Below, piece after piece: positions 49,859 to 53,049 of a stretch of DNA of 53,049 nucleotides. A program made the translations under genes and the position numbers. The first letter of the stretch is position 1, and every line of letters begins with the position of its first letter. Origin of the DNA: an uncultured Candidatus Saccharibacteria bacterium (GTDB lineage Bacteria > Patescibacteriota > Minisyncoccia > Phycocordibacterales > Zambryskibacteraceae); contig CAZKKF010000001.1 of NCBI GenBank assembly GCA_964553285.1, positions 55,537-108,585 on the forward strand, written 5' to 3'. Below the pieces are notes generated by a model. It did no database searches. It was given only the letters and a program-made list of their open reading frames with translations, and had not been told where the DNA came from.

Positions 49859-50434
49859 TCAGAAAGGCAAAGCGTGAGTGAGGGAACTGCCGTTTCCGTC
49901 CTTCCAGCCGTCTGTTGAGATGGGAATCCGCACTTCTTCGCTTCCGTCCATTACTTTGAGGTGTTTGTGCTTCATGGCGTATTCAAATATGTCGCGGGTT
50001 ATCTCCACGTCTTTGAGGCAGTACTCAATGATCAAGTCCACCCGCCCTTCGTTCCACCACTTCACCGCGCTAAGCCCTTCGGCGCTTTTGCTTGTGCCAA
50101 GGGTGGCCTGGGCGATGCTATCAAGCTTGAGCCTTCTGCCCAGGCTTTCTTTGATGCTTTTCATCAGGTCTATGCTCTTTATGGCACTAAGGTCTCCGGG
50201 GTAGTATTTATTGAGCAGGGGAAGATCAAAGTGGTCGGAGTTGTATCCTATGATCGCCTCGGCTTTTTCAAAAATGGGCCACATGTCTTTGAACTGGTGT
50301 TCCTCAAAAGCTCTCAAGGTTTTCGTCTCGTAGTCGTATACGCCCACTACCGATATGTCCAAATCGGCAGGGTCGTTTGAACCCACATCGGCAAATGTGT
50401 TCTTTGTTTCTATGTCAAAAACTACTTTACGCAT
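49859..50434 (-). CDS. DEDDy-type 3'-5' exonuclease (RNase H-like fold, PolB-exo-like)
   Basis: 191 aa with ExoI (VVFDIETKN), ExoII (IGYNSDHFDLPLL) and ExoIII (YCLKDVEITRDIF). Its ATG overlaps the end of the hisS-like gene by 8 nt. Confidence 0.75.
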   Translation of the reverse strand: MRKVVFDIETKNTFADVGSNDPADLDISVVGVYDYETKTLRAFEEHQFKDMWPIFEKAEAIIGYNSDHFDLPLLNKYYPGDLSAIKSIDLMKSIKESLGRRLKLDSIAQATLGTSKSAEGLSAVKWWNEGRVDLIIEYCLKDVEITRDIFEYAMKHKHLKVMDGSEEVRIPISTDGWKDGNGSSLTHALPF

Positions 50435-51347
50435 ACGGGCCTAGCTTGTGTGTTTCCAAGAAATCACGAATAGTAATATCGCCCATGCCAAAACCTATTG
50501 TTGGAATAGGTTCTACTCCAAAAATCTCAAGCAGGTTATCGTAACGACCCCCACCAAATAATGATCGGTTATTTTCCGGACTGGTGTCAAAAATTTCAAA
50601 TACCACGCCGGTGTAGTAGTCAAACCCTCGGGTAATGGTGGGGTCAAATACCGCATTGTTTATACCCATCCCTTTCAACCTTTCCAGCAGGTTGCTTATT
50701 GTTTCGTTTGGTAATATGTTTGAATCAAATTCTTTTCCTGAAATTGCCAGCCACTTTTCAGCAAATTCATCCGCAGGCATTTTATTTTTGCGATCAAGGA
50801 GGCGTATAAGCTCAACATTGCCAAACTTTTCATTAAGAAGGACTCGGTCGTTTATACGAATCTCAAAGTTATTTTTCTCGGCCCCGAATTCTTTCATTAT
50901 TTGGTGGCTGAGAGAAATTATCTCCACCTCAGCCTCCAAGCCGGCTACGCCCATAAGATCGCAGTTCAACTGCCAGTGCTCGCGCTTTCGGCCTCTCTGT
51001 GGGCGCTCATATCGGAAAAGGTTGGGAATGGAATACCAGCGCAGGGGGAACTTCAGGCTCTTTCTTCTTGCCGCTACCATGCGGGCCAAGGTCGGTGTCA
51101 TTTCGGGCCGCAAGACAACCTCTCTGTCTCCACGGTCTGTAAATGAAAATGTTTGCTCGTTCACTATCTCCTCGCTTGTCTTATTCTTATACAGTTCTGC
51201 CGGTTCAAGAATTGAGGCGGCGTATTCTTCATAGCCAAATTTTTCAGCTACCTTTTTCCAGACTCCAAAAATATAGTTCTGGATAGCCATGTCTTCCGGA
51301 TAAAAGTCTCTGACGCCTTTATAGGGTTCGGTGTTCAGTTTTGTCAT
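50427..51347 (-). CDS. hisS: histidine--tRNA ligase catalytic domain only (no anticodon-binding domain)
   Basis: 306 aa with RPEMTP, FRYERPQRGRKREHWQ (motif 2), RGFDYYTG, GGGRYDNL and GFGMG (motif 3). The ORF stops about 17 aa after motif 3. Confidence 0.8.
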   Translation of the reverse strand: MTKLNTEPYKGVRDFYPEDMAIQNYIFGVWKKVAEKFGYEEYAASILEPAELYKNKTSEEIVNEQTFSFTDRGDREVVLRPEMTPTLARMVAARRKSLKFPLRWYSIPNLFRYERPQRGRKREHWQLNCDLMGVAGLEAEVEIISLSHQIMKEFGAEKNNFEIRINDRVLLNEKFGNVELIRLLDRKNKMPADEFAEKWLAISGKEFDSNILPNETISNLLERLKGMGINNAVFDPTITRGFDYYTGVVFEIFDTSPENNRSLFGGGRYDNLLEIFGVEPIPTIGFGMGDITIRDFLETHKLGPYA

Positions 51348-51356
51348 GATGAAGGG

Positions 51357-51363
51357 TATTATA
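51357..51363. promoter_or_regulatory. overlapping divergent -10 boxes (TATTATA)
   Basis: Plus strand: TATTAT 51357-51362, N7, ATG 51370 (truB). Minus strand: TATAAT 51363-51358, N10, ATG 51347 (hisS-like). Confidence 0.45.
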
Positions 51364-51369
51364 GCGCAG

Positions 51370-52131
51370 ATGGCTGAAGTAATTAAGCTCTATAAAAATC
51401 TTGGCGAAACGCCTCTGGAGTGCATTTTGCGTTTCAAGGCGGATAACCCCCAATACGCAGAAACCAAGATGACCTATCTTGGTCGGCTTGACCCAATGGC
51501 AGAAGGGTTGCTACTTGTGCTTGCCAGCCCCGCGAAGCTTCAGCGAAGTGGGGGCGGGGCAAAGAAAGACAAGTATCTTTCTTTGGATAAGCAATATGAG
51601 TTTGAGGTGCTGTGGGGATTTGAGACGGATACCTATGATACCTTGGGGCTTGTGTCTGGCGGAGGGGATATGCCGCAAAAACTGGAGAAAAAGATGGAAA
51701 GCATCCTTAAGCATATTGCTGCAAGAAAAAGCCAGAGCTACCCGCCGTTTTCTTCAAAGTCTTTTAGGGGCAATTTTCTCTCCGTGCGCGACAAGACCAT
51801 AGACGAGATTGATACGGTGGAGCGCTCTATAAAAATATTTGATATCGTGCACGTTCACACAAGGCTCATTTCAGGGTCTGATATTTTAAATGAGATAAAA
51901 AGGCGCGTTGCTCTGGTCAATGGGGACTTCAGACAAGAAGAGATTTTGAAAAGGTGGGAGGTGGCTTTGCGAGGTAAGGAGAGCGACAAGTTTCTCATAT
52001 CAAAGTTTAAGGCAGATGTATCAAGCGGCACATACATCCGCGGCCTCTCGCATGAGATGGGAAAATATTTAGACACGAGTGCTCTGGCATGGAGCATTAA
52101 GAGGACGAGAGTGGGGGAGTTTGAAATATAA
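51370..52131 (+). CDS. truB: tRNA pseudouridine synthase, TruB family (short, no obvious PUA domain)
   Basis: GRLDPMAEGLLLVL contains the catalytic Asp motif, and KQYEFEVLWGFETDTYDTLG matches the TruB KxY...TDT.D motif. 253 aa. Confidence 0.8.
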   Translation: MAEVIKLYKNLGETPLECILRFKADNPQYAETKMTYLGRLDPMAEGLLLVLASPAKLQRSGGGAKKDKYLSLDKQYEFEVLWGFETDTYDTLGLVSGGGDMPQKLEKKMESILKHIAARKSQSYPPFSSKSFRGNFLSVRDKTIDEIDTVERSIKIFDIVHVHTRLISGSDILNEIKRRVALVNGDFRQEEILKRWEVALRGKESDKFLISKFKADVSSGTYIRGLSHEMGKYLDTSALAWSIKRTRVGEFEI

Positions 52132-52146
52132 AATCACACAAAATAC

Positions 52147-52179
52147 TAGAGGCTCTTCCGCAACATGGGGAAGAGCCTC
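52147..52179. terminator. bidirectional terminator between truB and the lipoprotein gene
   Basis: agaggctcttcc ... ggaagagcctct: a stem of about 12 bp. Confidence 0.75.
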
Positions 52180-52191
52180 TTCGATCACCGG

Positions 52192-52569
52192 TTACCCACC
52201 CTTAGTGGCGGGTACCTTTTGTTCACTATCCGGGGCCGAACGCGCCCGACGGAGGGAGTCGCGGGTGGCGACCGTCTCCATGTACTTCTTGGTGTGCTCC
52301 GCGATCAGGCTGTCAGCCTTAGCGACCGACGGAATCTCCTTGATTTTCAGGTGGACTTCGCGACGATTCCTGAGGATATTGACGTTGCATCCCCCTGGAG
52401 GGAGCTGGCCAATCTTCAGGTCCAGCCCGTAGTAGTCCGTTCCCCTCACCTTGTACACCCTGTACTCCACCTTGGAGTCGCAGTAGCTGGTCACCGGGGT
52501 AAGACTCCCGCCGCAACCAGCGAGGACGAGGGCGGCGAAGACCGCAAGGACAACGCGAACGAAGGGCAT
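52192..52569 (-). CDS. hypothetical lipoprotein
   Basis: From ATG 52569 the protein reads MPFVRVVLAVFAALVLAGCGGS, which includes a lipobox (LAGC). The SD GAGGA lies 5-6 nt upstream. The TTG at 52581 lies inside that SD, so I rejected it as the start. Confidence 0.55.
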   Translation of the reverse strand: MPFVRVVLAVFAALVLAGCGGSLTPVTSYCDSKVEYRVYKVRGTDYYGLDLKIGQLPPGGCNVNILRNRREVHLKIKEIPSVAKADSLIAEHTKKYMETVATRDSLRRARSAPDSEQKVPATKGG

Positions 52570-52619
52570 GTTCTTCCTCAAGTAGGATAGTGAAAAAAAT
52601 AAAGAGCTGTTACCCCTAC

Positions 52620-52649
52620 ATCATACTATATCTATCATATAAAAGTCAA
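52620..52649 (-). promoter_or_regulatory. sigma70-like promoter for the lipoprotein gene
   Basis: On the minus strand: TTGACT (52649-52644), N18, TATGAT (52625-52620). Confidence 0.4.
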
Positions 52650-52709
52650 TAGCACCAAAATTATCCATATTTGGTTTGGGCGGCTAACAGCTAGCGCCTA
52701 AACTTCTAT

Positions 52710-53049
52710 CTACTTACCATCCCTCTGTGCCTTGGAGCGGCCTGATTGGGTGAGGTGTTTCTTGCGGAGGCGAATCTCCTTGGGGGTGATTTCTATATAT
52801 TCATCTCCCTGCATTACTTCCATGGCTCTTTCTATTGAAAGCTTCCAGGGAGGAGCGAGGAATATGCCGTCGTCAGACCCTGACGCGCGCATGTTGGTGA
52901 GCTGTTTGCCCTTGGTGGGGTTTACGTAAAGGTCTTCGCCCTTGGAGGTGTTGCCGATGATTTGCCCCTCATAGACTTCATCTCCGGGTTCTATATACAA
53001 AGTGCCTCTCTGCTGGAGGTTGTCCAAAGCAAAGGCCAAGGCCTTGCCC
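52710..53049 (-). CDS. typA: translational GTPase TypA/BipA, C-terminal part (5' end outside the window)
   Basis: LDNLQQRGTLYIEPGDEVYEGQIIG...LTNMRASGSDDGIFLAPP...EITPKEIRLRK matches the BipA-specific C-terminal domain. The reading frame stays open to the window edge. Confidence 0.85.
   Translation of the reverse strand, partial: GKALAFALDNLQQRGTLYIEPGDEVYEGQIIGNTSKGEDLYVNPTKGKQLTNMRASGSDDGIFLAPPWKLSIERAMEVMQGDEYIEITPKEIRLRKKHLTQSGRSKAQRDGK

Noticed and set aside
50427-51347. Interpreting the short HisRS-like protein as HisZ, the regulatory subunit of ATP phosphoribosyltransferase.
   Set aside because: The catalytic motifs 2 and 3 and the histidine-binding boxes are as well conserved as in genuine HisRS. 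No hisG or other his gene is in the window. The possibility is not fully excluded and is listed as the refuting condition for that finding.
52165-52590. 141-aa and 117-aa plus-strand ORFs overlapping the 52192-52569 lipoprotein gene.
   Set aside because: They start inside the truB terminator hairpin and have no start context. The minus-strand ORF has a promoter, an SD and a canonical lipobox signal peptide.
1-53049. CRISPR arrays, rRNA genes, IS elements or transposases, prophage genes, inteins in dnaE or gyrB, and DGR-type template/variable repeats for the secreted repeat protein.
   Set aside because: I saw no spaced direct-repeat arrays, no transposase, integrase or reverse-transcriptase motifs, and no Hint/intein blocks interrupting dnaE or gyrB. 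The modules of the secreted protein are divergent at the DNA level, not near-identical as in DGR TR/VR pairs. This is by-eye inspection only, so short or degenerate elements could have been missed.

Overview
This 53-kb chromosomal segment is almost entirely coding, with about 45 CDS and one tRNA. It uses the standard genetic code: TGA serves as a stop, for example at 16393-16395. I saw no rRNA, CRISPR array, transposase or integrase.

Most genes are information-processing genes:
- Translation and RNA: rplY, rpmE, prfA, rpsB-tsf, tRNA-Thr(UGU), a pheS-like gene, thrS, rpmF, nusB (fused to a Nudix domain), rnc, rnr, rpsP-KH-trmD, a hisS-like gene, truB, and a partial typA/bipA at the right edge.
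- Replication and transcription: gyrB, dnaE, rnhB, a short smc, rpoB-rpoC-dnaG-rpoD, and a UvrD-type helicase-nuclease.
- A small sugar module: a PfkB kinase, a class II aldolase and an FAD oxidase.
- Envelope genes: a large secreted repeat protein, a coiled-coil lytic transglycosylase, NlpC/P60, a processive GT2 synthase with a thioredoxin-fold partner, a DsbA-like protein, uppP, and two lipoproteins.

The gene content suggests a reduced-genome, CPR/Patescibacteria-like bacterium. That is inference only.

I found no self-evident new multi-gene system such as a defence island. The observations most worth following up are:
1. Three aminoacyl-tRNA synthetases have stripped-down, organelle-like domain architectures, and each is first in a tight two-gene unit with an unrelated partner. 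These are a monomeric FARS2-like PheRS with a signal-less NlpC/P60, an editing-domain-less ThrRS with a PspC protein, and an anticodon-domain-less HisRS with a DEDDy exonuclease.
2. A (TGn)TAnnAT-N6-8-ATG geometry recurs at 11 operon-first genes, implying leaderless mRNAs. The GC-richer orphan genes instead have long leaders with Shine-Dalgarno (SD) sequences.
3. A NusB-Nudix fusion sits directly upstream of rnc.
4. The SMC is 738 aa and has no hinge domain.
5. A complete transcription unit (consensus promoter, SD, terminator) encodes a 57-aa membrane protein that falls below the ORF-track cutoff.
6. A hicB-like gene is broken by a T8 homopolymer inside an AT-rich islet next to tRNA-Thr.
7. 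A G12 tract lies in the promoter region of the large secreted protein.

All functional calls come from reading motifs by eye. No database search was run.
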